A stretch of DNA of 64,000 nt, taken from an uncultured Bacteroidota bacterium. Its GTDB lineage: Bacteria; Bacteroidota; Ignavibacteria; UBA10030; UBA6906. The position numbers were made by a program, and so were the translations under genes. The notes under the pieces are model-generated. The model did no database searches. It was not told where the DNA came from and saw only the letters and a program-made list of their open reading frames with translations. The stretch lies in assembly GCA_963700635.1 (NCBI GenBank), contig CAVOYH010000003.1, forward strand, positions 608,001-672,000. The letters are read 5' to 3'. Positions within the stretch are counted from its first letter, which is position 1; every line of letters starts with the position of its first letter. Positions 8,193-17,594 of the stretch are shown piece by piece.

Positions 8193-10390
8193 ATGCTCTT
8201 TCACGCAGAAAATTCCTGAAAATATCCGGTGCCGCCGCTGGCGTGGCCGCCGCCGGGACAGCCGCCATGCGGGCGGCGGGGACACTGACGTCACGCATAT
8301 CACCATCAGAAAAGGGACTCCGCACAGTACCGACTTTCTGTGACATTTGTTTTTGGAAATGCGGAACCATTGCCACGGTTCGAGACGGGGCCCTCTGGAA
8401 GGTGGAGGGAAATCCCCTTGACCCGCTCAGCCGCGGACGTTTGTGTCCCCGGGGTACCGGTGGCGTCGGCGCCCATTACGATCCTGATCGTCTGAAGGCG
8501 CCTCTTCTGCGTAAACGAAATCGCGGAGAAGAAGAGTGGGTGGAAGTAACCTGGGATGAGGCCTTTGAATTCATCGCGCAGAAAATGCAGGCCATCAAGG
8601 AGCGGCACGGGCCGGAAGCTGTTGCACTTTTTAGCCACGGCATCGGTGGAAATTTTTTGAAACATATGATCAAGGCGTACGGTAGTCCGAACATTACAGC
8701 ACCTTCATTCGCGCAATGCCGCGGACCACGTGATGTGGGATTCCGGTTGACTTTCGGCGAAGACGTCAGCTCGCCGGAACGCACCGACATCAGGAACGCA
8801 CGCTGTCTCGTCCTGCTCGGCAGTCATCTCGGCGAAAATATGCACAATACTCAGGTCCAGGAGTTTGCCGATGCAATAGGTGAAGGCTCGACGATCATTG
8901 TCGCTGATCCGCGGTTCTCCATCGCCGCCGGGAAAGCAAAGTTCTATCTGCCCGTCAAACCCGGCACCGATATGGCGCTTTTGCTGGCGTGGATGCATGT
9001 TATCGTATCCGAGCGTTTGTATGATCTCGACTATGTTGCACAACACGGATTTGGTTTTGAACAGTTTGCCGCCTCGCTTGCACCCTTTACCCCCGAGTGG
9101 GCATATCCCGAAACAGGAATTGAGCCCGCGCTGATCGTTACAACTGCGCGGGAAATGGCGGCACACAAGCCCGCAACACTTGTCCATCCGGGCCGCCACG
9201 TTACCTGGTATGGTGACGACGCCCAGCGCAGCCGCGCAATCGCACTGCTGAACGCACTGCTCGGAAGTTGGGGACGCAAGGGTGGGTTCTACACGCCGGT
9301 CAGCATGGACCTGCCTCCGTATCCGTACCCGGAGTATCCGTCCAGCCAGCGCGGAAAGGCAGACAATCCTGATCACCGGTATCCGTTCGCCCATGAGACG
9401 CTCACCACAGGTATTCGCGAAGCAACCATCACCGGAGAGCCCTATCCTATCAAGGGATGGTGGGTCTATGCCACAAACCTTCTGCACTCTCTTCCCAATG
9501 AAGCGGAGACCATCAAAGCAATTCAGAACCTTGATCTGATGGTGGTCGTTGATGTGATTCCCAGCGAAATCGCCGGGTGGGCCGATGTTGTCCTGCCGGA
9601 AACAACCTATCTTGAACGCCATGACGATCTGAACGTCGAATGGTTCCGCGAACCGTTCATCGCGCTTCGGCAACCTGTGGTCCCGGCTCCCCATGAACAG
9701 AAACCCAACTGGTGGATCGCAAAGCGGATGGCGGAGCATCTCGGGCTCGGCAGGTATTTCCCGTGGACTGATATTCAGGAGTACCTGCAGCACCGCCTTG
9801 CCGCCGGGGGATTTGACTACAAGAAGTTACAGCACGATGGTATCATCCTCGGTCCGAAGCAGCCGATCTATTTTGAGGAGGGGCTTGCGCCGGACTTTCC
9901 CACGCCCAGCGGAAAGATCGAATTCTACTCGGTCCAGCTGCAACAGGCCGGATTTGATCCGGTGCCGGTGTATCACAGACCCCCGGCTGGACCGCCGGGA
10001 TATTACCGGCTCCTGTACGGGCGGGCACCGGTACACTCGTTCAGCAGAACCCACTCCAACAGAATTCTGTCCGACATGATGAGCGAGAACGAAATCTGGG
10101 TGAACACACACACCGCACACCGGCATACACTCAGCAACGGCCAGTATGTGCGCCTCAAGAATCAGGACGGTGTTGTCAGTAACCGCATAAAGGTCAAAGT
10201 CACCGAACGTATCCGACCCGAATGTCTCTACATGGTCCACGGTTTTGGTCACAACAGCCGCATGCTCAAACATGCCTTCGGCAAAGGAGCGAGTGATGCC
10301 CAGCTCATCACACGCTACGTCATCGATCCGCTTATGGGTGGCACGGCAATGAACGTCAACTTTGTCACCTTTGAACCCGGGGAGGCATAA
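8189..10390 (+). CDS. psrA: Polysulfide/thiosulfate reductase-type molybdopterin catalytic subunit (PsrA/PhsA family), Tat-exported
   Basis: Tat signal SRRKFLK; FS0 motif CDICFWKC...LCPRG; probable Mo-ligand Cys in FAQCRGPR; ADVVLPETTYLER; followed by B and C subunits. Exact substrate not determinable. Confidence 0.82.
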   Translation: MNALSRRKFLKISGAAAGVAAAGTAAMRAAGTLTSRISPSEKGLRTVPTFCDICFWKCGTIATVRDGALWKVEGNPLDPLSRGRLCPRGTGGVGAHYDPDRLKAPLLRKRNRGEEEWVEVTWDEAFEFIAQKMQAIKERHGPEAVALFSHGIGGNFLKHMIKAYGSPNITAPSFAQCRGPRDVGFRLTFGEDVSSPERTDIRNARCLVLLGSHLGENMHNTQVQEFADAIGEGSTIIVADPRFSIAAGKAKFYLPVKPGTDMALLLAWMHVIVSERLYDLDYVAQHGFGFEQFAASLAPFTPEWAYPETGIEPALIVTTAREMAAHKPATLVHPGRHVTWYGDDAQRSRAIALLNALLGSWGRKGGFYTPVSMDLPPYPYPEYPSSQRGKADNPDHRYPFAHETLTTGIREATITGEPYPIKGWWVYATNLLHSLPNEAETIKAIQNLDLMVVVDVIPSEIAGWADVVLPETTYLERHDDLNVEWFREPFIALRQPVVPAPHEQKPNWWIAKRMAEHLGLGRYFPWTDIQEYLQHRLAAGGFDYKKLQHDGIILGPKQPIYFEEGLAPDFPTPSGKIEFYSVQLQQAGFDPVPVYHRPPAGPPGYYRLLYGRAPVHSFSRTHSNRILSDMMSENEIWVNTHTAHRHTLSNGQYVRLKNQDGVVSNRIKVKVTERIRPECLYMVHGFGHNSRMLKHAFGKGASDAQLITRYVIDPLMGGTAMNVNFVTFEPGEA

Positions 10391-10392
10391 GC

Positions 10393-10932
10393 ATGGCACG
10401 ATACGGCATGGTGATCGATACGGTACGGTGCGTGGGATGTATGGACTGCGTCGTGGCATGCAAAACGGAGAACGGCGTCCCAGAAGGATATGACCGGGAC
10501 TGGATTGCATACGACACAACCGGAGCGTTTCCGACACTCCACACGGAAATCCGGAGTGAACGCTGCAACCATTGTGACAACCCTCCGTGCGTCTATTGTT
10601 GTCCCTGCGCCGCCAGTCACATCCATGAACGGGGAGGCGTGGTGCTGGTGCACCACGACAAATGCAGCGGCTGCAAAGCATGTATTGCCGCATGCCCGTA
10701 TGACGCCCGGTTCATTCACCCCGAAGGTTACGCCGACAAATGTACGTTCTGCATCCATCGGGTGGAACGCGGACTTGACCCCGCATGTGTTGCCGTCTGC
10801 CCGACCCACTGTATGCATTTTGGTGATCTGGAAGACCCGAACAGCACCGTGAGCCGCCTGCTGACATCCCGTACGCATCACGCGCTCCTGACGGACGCCG
10901 GGACCAAACCGCAGGTGTGGTACCTGGATTAA
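10393..10932 (+). CDS. psrB: 4Fe-4S electron-transfer subunit (PsrB/NrfC family)
   Basis: CVGCMDCVVAC, CNHCDNPPCVYCCP, CSGCKACIAACP, KCTFC...PACVAVCP. Confidence 0.88.
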   Translation: MARYGMVIDTVRCVGCMDCVVACKTENGVPEGYDRDWIAYDTTGAFPTLHTEIRSERCNHCDNPPCVYCCPCAASHIHERGGVVLVHHDKCSGCKACIAACPYDARFIHPEGYADKCTFCIHRVERGLDPACVAVCPTHCMHFGDLEDPNSTVSRLLTSRTHHALLTDAGTKPQVWYLD

Positions 10933-10959
10933 CAAATATCAAAGGGATAAGGAAGAACC

Positions 10960-11910
10960 ATGCGTGAATTGGTGACAACACGGTCAAACCCGATGATCGA
11001 TCCTGCTCTGCATATCTGGGGATGGGAGATCTCCGTGTATCTGTTCCTCGGCGGATTGGTCGCAGGCATGATGATCATCTCGGGATATTTTCTTTTCAAG
11101 GGGCGTCAGAAGGAGATGACCTGCTCTTGTCTGACACTCCCCATGCTGAGTGTCGCCCTGCTGAGTCTGGGCATGCTGGCGCTCTTTCTCGACCTCGCAC
11201 ACCGCTGGTACTTCTGGAGAATGTACATGACGTTTCAACCGGCATCGCCGATGTCATGGGGTTCCTGGATTCTGCTTCTTGTGTATCCCGCTCTCCTGGC
11301 AAATGCTCTGATACGTCCGCCCGCATGGATCGCAACACGTATACCCTGGATCACAACACTCTCAAAACGCGTGCAGGCGCGCAGCGCAACGGTGAAGTTT
11401 ATCGGCATCATGAACATGCTGTTGGGGGGATTACTCGGTGTGTATACGGGAGTTCTCCTAAGTGCCTTCGGGGCCAGGCCGCTCTGGAACAGCTCCATTC
11501 TTGGCCTTCTCTTTCTCACATCCGGCCTCTCCTCCGCCGCAGCATTTGTTCACATCATCGCTTCGGACCCGTATGAGCGGAAACTTCTTGCCAAAGCAGA
11601 CAATGGTTTTCTGACATTGGAACTTGTTATCATCGTGATGTTTCTGATCGGTCTCGTCAGCAGTACCCGGGCGCACCTGGAAGCCGCGCTTCTCCTGCTC
11701 TCGGGTCCGTACGCCCCGATCTTCTGGGTCTTCGTGGTTGGCTTGGGCATCATCATCCCCCTCGTCATCCAGTCCCTGGCAGTTAACCACAAGATCGCCC
11801 ACACGCCGGTCGCCCCGCTCTTTGTTGTGCTCGGAGGATTGATACTCCGCTTTGTCATTGTCCAGGCCGGCCAGGTCAGTCACTGGACACGTACCGTTCT
11901 CACGAATTAA
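10960..11910 (+). CDS. psrC: NrfD/PsrC-family quinol-interacting membrane anchor
   Basis: WGWEISVYLFLGGLVAG, LFLDL, SPMSWGSWIL, YTGVLL...RPLW, GGLILRFVIV. Confidence 0.88.
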   Translation: MRELVTTRSNPMIDPALHIWGWEISVYLFLGGLVAGMMIISGYFLFKGRQKEMTCSCLTLPMLSVALLSLGMLALFLDLAHRWYFWRMYMTFQPASPMSWGSWILLLVYPALLANALIRPPAWIATRIPWITTLSKRVQARSATVKFIGIMNMLLGGLLGVYTGVLLSAFGARPLWNSSILGLLFLTSGLSSAAAFVHIIASDPYERKLLAKADNGFLTLELVIIVMFLIGLVSSTRAHLEAALLLLSGPYAPIFWVFVVGLGIIIPLVIQSLAVNHKIAHTPVAPLFVVLGGLILRFVIVQAGQVSHWTRTVLTN

Positions 11911-11922
11911 GGAGAGTTCTTT

Positions 11923-12504
11923 ATGCAGGCAGATGCACAATCATTGGCCGCAGATCCGGTTGACGCGGCCGCTCACCATACGATTCACCGCACACCGCAG
12001 CCGTACATGCATCCGTACCTTGCGGGGTTCGGGCTTGGACTTGTCCTCCTCGCGGCATTTGTGATCATGGGACGCGGGCTGGGCGCATCAGGTGCATTCA
12101 GTTCGCTCGTCGCCGTCGGAGCTGATCTTGTCGCAACGGAACACACCCGGGCCAATGAATTCTACGCCGAGTACCTCGGCGACGGATCCAGACACCCTTT
12201 AATGGACTGGCTGGTTTTTGAGGTGGCAGGAGTGTTTGTGGGCGGCTTCATATCAGGCATTCTGGCCGGACGCATCCGCAAAGGCATTGAACGAGGCCCG
12301 TCTGCCACAAAGGGGAAACGTCTGTTCTATGCGTTTATAGGCGGCGGTATCATGGGCATCGGATCCAAACTTGCCAGGGGGTGCACATCCGGGCAGGCCC
12401 TCACCGGGGGTGCATTGCTGAATGTCGGAAGTTGGGCCTTTATGCTCTGTGTATTTGCGGGCGCATATGCCACAGCCTATTTCGTAAGGAGACAGTGGCT
12501 ATGA
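11923..12504 (+). CDS. YeeE/YedE family sulfur-compound transporter subunit
   Basis: PYLAG, GLGASG, GGFISG, GGGIMGIGSKLARGCTSG. Confidence 0.85.
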   Translation: MQADAQSLAADPVDAAAHHTIHRTPQPYMHPYLAGFGLGLVLLAAFVIMGRGLGASGAFSSLVAVGADLVATEHTRANEFYAEYLGDGSRHPLMDWLVFEVAGVFVGGFISGILAGRIRKGIERGPSATKGKRLFYAFIGGGIMGIGSKLARGCTSGQALTGGALLNVGSWAFMLCVFAGAYATAYFVRRQWL

Positions 12505-13106
12505 ACGCACCCTTGTATAAACTCGGCCTCTTCGGGGATAATGTAGGCCTTATCGTTGCGTTCGTTATCGGCATCGGTTTTGGGTTCTTTCTTGAACGCG
12601 CCGGCTTCGGCAGCGCGCGCAAACTCACGGCACAATTCTATCTGACCGACCTGAGTGTGTTCAAGGTGATGTTCTCCGCCATTGTCACCGCCATGCTGGG
12701 TGTCTTTTACCTCTCCTGGCTGGGCGTCGTGGATCTCACACTCGTGTACCTGACTCCGACATACCTGCTTCCTCAGATCATCGGCGGGCTTCTGCTGGGC
12801 GTCGGATTTGTTGTAGGTGGATATTGTCCCGGGACCTCATGCGTCGCCATCTCGACAGGTAAGCTGGACGGCGTGGTATTCCTTTTCGGCATCATCGCAG
12901 GAATCGTTGTGTTTGGTGAACTGTTCACGGTCGTGAAGGACTTTTACTACGCGATGCCCATGGGACAAATTACCATTCCCCAGATTCTGAACATCCCTTA
13001 CGGCATCGTGGTCTTTCTCATCTCGCTGATTGCCATCGCAGGATTCGCCGGAGCCACCTGGGTGGAAAAAATGATGGCGACCCGGAAGGGAGGCCAGCCA
13101 TCATGA
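12501..13106 (+). CDS. YeeE/YedE family sulfur-compound transporter subunit
   Basis: GIGFGFFLERAGF, GGLLLGVGFVVGGYCPGT; ATGA overlap with SD AAGGAG upstream. Confidence 0.85.
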   Translation: MNAPLYKLGLFGDNVGLIVAFVIGIGFGFFLERAGFGSARKLTAQFYLTDLSVFKVMFSAIVTAMLGVFYLSWLGVVDLTLVYLTPTYLLPQIIGGLLLGVGFVVGGYCPGTSCVAISTGKLDGVVFLFGIIAGIVVFGELFTVVKDFYYAMPMGQITIPQILNIPYGIVVFLISLIAIAGFAGATWVEKMMATRKGGQPS

Positions 13107-13762
13107 AAACTGTTTTTGCGCGGTTGAACGCGACACAAAAGGCAGGATTGTTGGTGATTCTCCTGGGTCTGATTGCGGTCTTCGCCGGCAGTCCCTATCA
13201 GGGAACACGGTATACGGTCGATGCGCAAGAGCTTGCCCGGATTGTGGATGGAACAACAGACCATGTCAGCCCCGAAGAACTCGCCGACTGGATTATTCAG
13301 GGCAAAGCAGATTACCGGTTGATTGATCTTAGATCAGAAAAAGAGTATCGTGAGTATCATATCCCGGGCGCTGAAAATGTTCCCCTCACCACGCTGCCGG
13401 ATCACGGACTCCAGAAAACAGAGAAGATCGTTCTCTATTCGGAAGGTGGTATTCACTCCGCGCAAGCATGGTTCCTGCTGAAAGCAAAGGGATTCCGGGG
13501 GGTCTACATGCTTATGAGTGGACTTGATGGATGGAAAGATAACGTCCTGTTCCCGAGACTTGCACCCGACCCGACACCCGCACAAACCGTGGCGTTTGGC
13601 AAGATGAAAGAGGTCAGCACGTTCTTCGGCGGTATGCCTCAGACCGGGACTCCTGACACGGCGCACGATCTCTCGCTGACCATGCCCAAACTGGAAATGC
13701 CCCAGTCAGTGCAGGTTGTTCCGGGAAGTGCAACGAAAAAAAAGAAAAAGGAAGGGTGCTGA
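13103..13762 (+). CDS. Membrane-anchored rhodanese-like protein lacking the active-loop Cys, with C-terminal KKKKKEGC tail
   Basis: LIDLRSEKEYREYHIPGAENVP rhodanese signature; loop reads IVLYSEGG; N-terminal TM helix. Confidence 0.8.
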   Translation: MKTVFARLNATQKAGLLVILLGLIAVFAGSPYQGTRYTVDAQELARIVDGTTDHVSPEELADWIIQGKADYRLIDLRSEKEYREYHIPGAENVPLTTLPDHGLQKTEKIVLYSEGGIHSAQAWFLLKAKGFRGVYMLMSGLDGWKDNVLFPRLAPDPTPAQTVAFGKMKEVSTFFGGMPQTGTPDTAHDLSLTMPKLEMPQSVQVVPGSATKKKKKEGC

Positions 13763-13768
13763 CCGCCA

Positions 13769-14110
13769 ATGAGCAAGCTTCCAAAACGTTTTACCGGGTT
13801 TCAAAAGGCCTATCCCGACGTGGCCTCTGCATACGAGCAGTTTGGATCAGCGGTCCATTCTGCCGGCCCGCTTAACAACCGCACCCGCGCCATTGTCAAG
13901 TGCGCGATTGCCATCGCTGCGGGTCTCGAGGGCGGTACACACGCCCAGGTTCGCAAAGCTCTTGAAGCGGGAATCTCTGTCGACGAATTGCGCCATGTGG
14001 CACTTCTGGCCATGCCGACGATTGGATTCCCCTCCGCCATGGCGGCCATGAGCTGGATTGATGACCTGGCAGGAACAAAAAAGCCGCGCAAGAGATCACG
14101 GCGCAGTTGA
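13769..14110 (+). CDS. Carboxymuconolactone decarboxylase (CMD/AhpD-like) family protein
   Basis: GPLNNRTRAIVKCAIA...VRKALEAGISVDELRHVALLAMPTIGFP; no CxxC. Confidence 0.8.
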   Translation: MSKLPKRFTGFQKAYPDVASAYEQFGSAVHSAGPLNNRTRAIVKCAIAIAAGLEGGTHAQVRKALEAGISVDELRHVALLAMPTIGFPSAMAAMSWIDDLAGTKKPRKRSRRS

Positions 14111-14715
14111 ACCGGAGCCTGTGTACTGTCAGCGGTGCAGTCCTTGCCGGAGGACAAAGCCGGCGGATAGGTCAGGACAAAGCATCGTTACTGTTTGGCG
14201 GTATCACCCTGCTTGAACGCTCCGTCCGCATACTGCAGTCGGTGGTGGCACCGGTGGTCGTGGCAGGCGGCCAACCTCATCGTTATTCGCTGCCCGGAAT
14301 TCCCTGCCTTGGGGATGCCATTGCTGATTGCGGCCCTCTCGGCGGCATCCTCGCTGCGCTGGAAGAGACCAGCGCTGATGCCGTTATCGTGCTTGCATGT
14401 GATCTTCCCTTTGTCACTCCCGGCCTCATCCGCTCCCTCAGTCTGCTCCCTTCAGCATCTCCCCTTGTCATCACTACCTCGGATGGCATTGTACAGCCCC
14501 TGTGTGGACGATATCCATCCTCTCTGAAGGCCACCCTGCGCCGGTTTCTCATGAGGGGTGATCGAAAGGTTCTGGACTTTGTTGAATCGCAGAAACTTCA
14601 GTATCTTGTCATAGCCGATACTCATCCACTCTATCAACCGCGTTTGCTCATGAACATCAACACCCGTGAGGATCTGATTCGTGCGGAGGCAGACGTGACG
14701 AACAGAGAGTTCTGA
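14107..14715 (+). CDS. mobA: Molybdenum cofactor guanylyltransferase
   Basis: VLAGGQSRRIGQDKA, GPLGGI, LACDLPF, QPLCGRY, NINTREDL; TTG start overlapping the previous stop. Confidence 0.88.
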   Translation: MNRSLCTVSGAVLAGGQSRRIGQDKASLLFGGITLLERSVRILQSVVAPVVVAGGQPHRYSLPGIPCLGDAIADCGPLGGILAALEETSADAVIVLACDLPFVTPGLIRSLSLLPSASPLVITTSDGIVQPLCGRYPSSLKATLRRFLMRGDRKVLDFVESQKLQYLVIADTHPLYQPRLLMNINTREDLIRAEADVTNREF

Positions 14716-14719
14716 TTGT

Positions 14720-16441
14720 ATGGGCACTCCTCCCTCCCCCCGCACGTCCTCATCTCTCCCCCCACTCCGGTGGCAACGCGCTGCAATGCTGGGAAGTCTC
14801 TGGGCTGCAAATGAAATCGTTCTGGGGAGTTTTCTTCACAACGTCGGTATCCCATTCACCGGAACATTGCTCGCGAGCATCGGCGTAATGTTGCTTGTTG
14901 CCGGCCTGCGTCTCTGGGACGATCCGGGAGTGATCTGGCGAGCGGGTGTCATCTGTTCGCTTATGAAGTCGATATCCCCCAGCGCGGTAATTCTCGGACC
15001 GATGATTGGTATCCTCGCTGAGGCCGGGATCGTGTATGTCTTCGTGCTTCTGTTTCGCCGTTCTCTGGCAGGCTGTCTTCTTGGCGGCATGATCGCCAGT
15101 GTGACGCCAATTCTCCAGAAGATCTTGAGCATCCTCGTCGCATACGGAATGGATGCCGCACGCATGTACGCATCGCTGTTCACGCTGCTTTCGCAACGGC
15201 TGGGATTTACAGACGTCGATGCTGAAGGTGCCCTCTGGATACTCGCCGGCGCGCAGACCATCCCCGGAGCTCTTGCCGTTCTGGCAGGGGTGGCTGTCGC
15301 ACGCAGAGCCCGCGCTATGCCCCCACAGCAGAGCCAGCCATCGTCCGATGAAACAGCTCTTCATGCGCTGCACAGCACGGCACAACCACATTCACTCGCC
15401 GCTTTGATTTTCCATATCATATTCATCGTGGCGGGGCTGACCCTGATACCGTTCCTCCCGCAATTGCTGACCCCTGTTCCCGTTGCCGTGTATCTTCTCG
15501 GCGTTCTGTTCTGGTACCCGGGCCTGCGCAAAAAGTTTGCGCGCGTCCGATTGTGGGTGGAGTTCGCTGCCGTTGCCTTGCTTGCCGGATTGTTGCTGGG
15601 AACTCTGGCACCAGGAGGTATGGGCACGTGGTGGACCGGATTACTCAGCGGGGTTGTCATGGCTGCCCGTGCGACTCTCGTCGTGGCTGCCTTCAGCGCC
15701 ATAAGCATCGAGCTCAGAAATCCGGTTGTTGTCAACTGGTTTCTGCAGCGCGGCCTCGGCACGGTTTCCGATGCGCTCCAGGTTGCGTTCCGCGCTCTGC
15801 CGGCCATGATTCAGTCGCTTGGCCGGCAACGTAATGGCCTGCGGCATCCTCTCCGGGCGTTCAGCACCATGCTTGCTTTTATGCTTGCGCAGCTCGACGA
15901 TTTATCCCGCATTCCTATGCGGGCCAGCATCGTTCTGCTGACGGGAGCACAGGGAGTCGGGAAGACAACCCTGCTGACCAGGGCCATTGCACATATGCGG
16001 AAGAATGGGCTGTCCGTTGGGGGAATTCTCTCGCATGTCCGCCATAGTGACTCTGTGCGAATCGGTTATGATATTGAAAATATCCTGACCGGGGAACATA
16101 CGACGTTGTGCAGGGCGGATCATGGAGTCACCGGAAAGGTTGTCGGCTCTTTTGTGTTCGATGACGAAGGCCTTACCTTGGGCGCAAAGGCTCTGGCCTG
16201 GGATTCTGTGAGGGAATGTAGTGTTGTCATCGTCGACGAAGTGGGACCGCTGGAAATGCAGGGAGGCGGCTGGGCGGAGGCAGCGCAACAACTCTTCCGG
16301 ATAGAGGAGAAGAAGATTGTTCTCGTCGTGAGACCCGGACTGGTGAATGACATTCAGGCAGCGTGGGGCTTTGTGCCGGAGCGCGTGTGGGATATGAAGA
16401 GTCTCGATGAAGAGGAATTCTTGCAGGAGGTAGTCCGCTGA
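14720..16441 (+). CDS. Multi-pass membrane protein fused to a C-terminal THEP1/NTPase_1 (DUF2478-like) P-loop NTPase
   Basis: About 390 aa hydrophobic region, then LTGAQGVGKTT, GYDI, VIVDEVGPLE, LVVR. Confidence 0.75.
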   Translation: MGTPPSPRTSSSLPPLRWQRAAMLGSLWAANEIVLGSFLHNVGIPFTGTLLASIGVMLLVAGLRLWDDPGVIWRAGVICSLMKSISPSAVILGPMIGILAEAGIVYVFVLLFRRSLAGCLLGGMIASVTPILQKILSILVAYGMDAARMYASLFTLLSQRLGFTDVDAEGALWILAGAQTIPGALAVLAGVAVARRARAMPPQQSQPSSDETALHALHSTAQPHSLAALIFHIIFIVAGLTLIPFLPQLLTPVPVAVYLLGVLFWYPGLRKKFARVRLWVEFAAVALLAGLLLGTLAPGGMGTWWTGLLSGVVMAARATLVVAAFSAISIELRNPVVVNWFLQRGLGTVSDALQVAFRALPAMIQSLGRQRNGLRHPLRAFSTMLAFMLAQLDDLSRIPMRASIVLLTGAQGVGKTTLLTRAIAHMRKNGLSVGGILSHVRHSDSVRIGYDIENILTGEHTTLCRADHGVTGKVVGSFVFDDEGLTLGAKALAWDSVRECSVVIVDEVGPLEMQGGGWAEAAQQLFRIEEKKIVLVVRPGLVNDIQAAWGFVPERVWDMKSLDEEEFLQEVVR

Positions 16442-16525
16442 TGGGGTCGGACTTTTGCACCTTTTTGCATGATTGCTGCATCTCATAGATGACCATCTCT
16501 CTCAAAACTCGACAAAGGGTTCGTT

Positions 16526-16963
16526 ATGGCATCCAAACAGGCGATTGTTAAACAGCTTGACGGCGTCACCTTCATGGCAAAGGGGGATTCCGGTCATTGG
16601 GTCTCCATGGACGGCCCCGAAGATTTCGGTGGGAGCAACGCCGCCTCCCGCCCCAAAGAACTTGTCCTCTTCGCCCTCGGGGGATGCACCGGAAGTGATG
16701 TGGCTGCCATCCTGAAGAAGAAAAGAGCCTCGCTTCAGGACTTTGAAATGATTATCAAGGGGACCCAGGCAGAAGAGCACCCGCAGGTCTTTACCGAGAT
16801 CCACATCGAATACGTATTTTATGGCACAGGCATCATCCCTGCCGATGTCGAGCGGGCGATCGAACTCTCCACGACAAAATACTGTGCTGTCTCCGCGATG
16901 CTTCGCGCAAGTGTCAAGCTCACACATTCATATCGCATTGAGCCACCAAAGGGTGTCGTATAA
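16526..16963 (+). CDS. OsmC/YhfA family protein
   Basis: RPKELVLFALGGCTGSDV...ERAIELSTTKYCAVS, both Cys present. Confidence 0.88.
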   Translation: MASKQAIVKQLDGVTFMAKGDSGHWVSMDGPEDFGGSNAASRPKELVLFALGGCTGSDVAAILKKKRASLQDFEMIIKGTQAEEHPQVFTEIHIEYVFYGTGIIPADVERAIELSTTKYCAVSAMLRASVKLTHSYRIEPPKGVV

Positions 16964-17021
16964 GCGGACAACGGCGACGGCGTACCATGGCCGGCGCAAA
17001 GCATTTTTCTATCCTTACGGA

Positions 17022-17594
17022 ATGCCCATGCACAAATTTAATCCTGATAATGCCCTCCGGCTCGAGCGTCCCGAACGGTATCAGTTACTTCCTCCGCAGG
17101 AGACTCTCCATCGTTTTGGCGTTCGTAACGGGATGACGGTGGTTGACATTGGGGCCGGAACGGGATTCTTCGCCCGGGCGGCGGCAGAACTCACCGGACC
17201 AGCCGGGCGGGTGTATGCCGTGGACATGTCGCCGGAGATGATCGCGTATCTCAAGGCCAGCGCCATTCCGGCACACCTGAATACGGTCCTTTCCGAGGAG
17301 TATACGATTCCGCTCCCGGATGGAACGGCGGATCTGACAGTACTGGCTTTTGTTGTGCATGAAACGCCAGATATTCTGCGATTTCTGGATGAAGCCCGCA
17401 GGATCACGCGGGCCGATGGGCACATGGTGATTCTGGATTGGAAAATGCAGGAAGAAGAGCATGGCCCTCCTGCGGACGAGCGCCTTGATGAGCAGGTGCT
17501 GCTGCAGACACTCTCTCCCCGCTTTGGAATAAAGGAACATGGCTCTTTGAACGCTTCACACTATTATGTTGTTGTACAGTTCTTAAGGCCATGA
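17022..17594 (+). CDS. Class I SAM-dependent methyltransferase
   Basis: VVDIGAGTGFF, VYAVDMSPEM, ILDW, HGPP; start 17022 or 17028. Confidence 0.85.
   Translation: MPMHKFNPDNALRLERPERYQLLPPQETLHRFGVRNGMTVVDIGAGTGFFARAAAELTGPAGRVYAVDMSPEMIAYLKASAIPAHLNTVLSEEYTIPLPDGTADLTVLAFVVHETPDILRFLDEARRITRADGHMVILDWKMQEEEHGPPADERLDEQVLLQTLSPRFGIKEHGSLNASHYYVVVQFLRP

Noticed and set aside
8189-10390. Assignment as arsenate, nitrate or formate oxidoreductase
   Set aside because: Size, the Cys ligand context, the NrfD-type anchor and the YeeE/rhodanese neighbours fit the Psr/Phs family better; there is no in-frame Sec codon.
13754-13800. Rhodanese ends ...GGG TGC TGA in frame with the next gene's ATG (13769), suggesting a Gly-Cys-Sec readthrough fusion
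   Set aside because: No convincing bacterial SECIS hairpin follows the TGA, in-frame adjacency has a 1-in-3 chance, and a terminal Cys is plausible on its own. A bSECIS search and homolog alignment would settle it.
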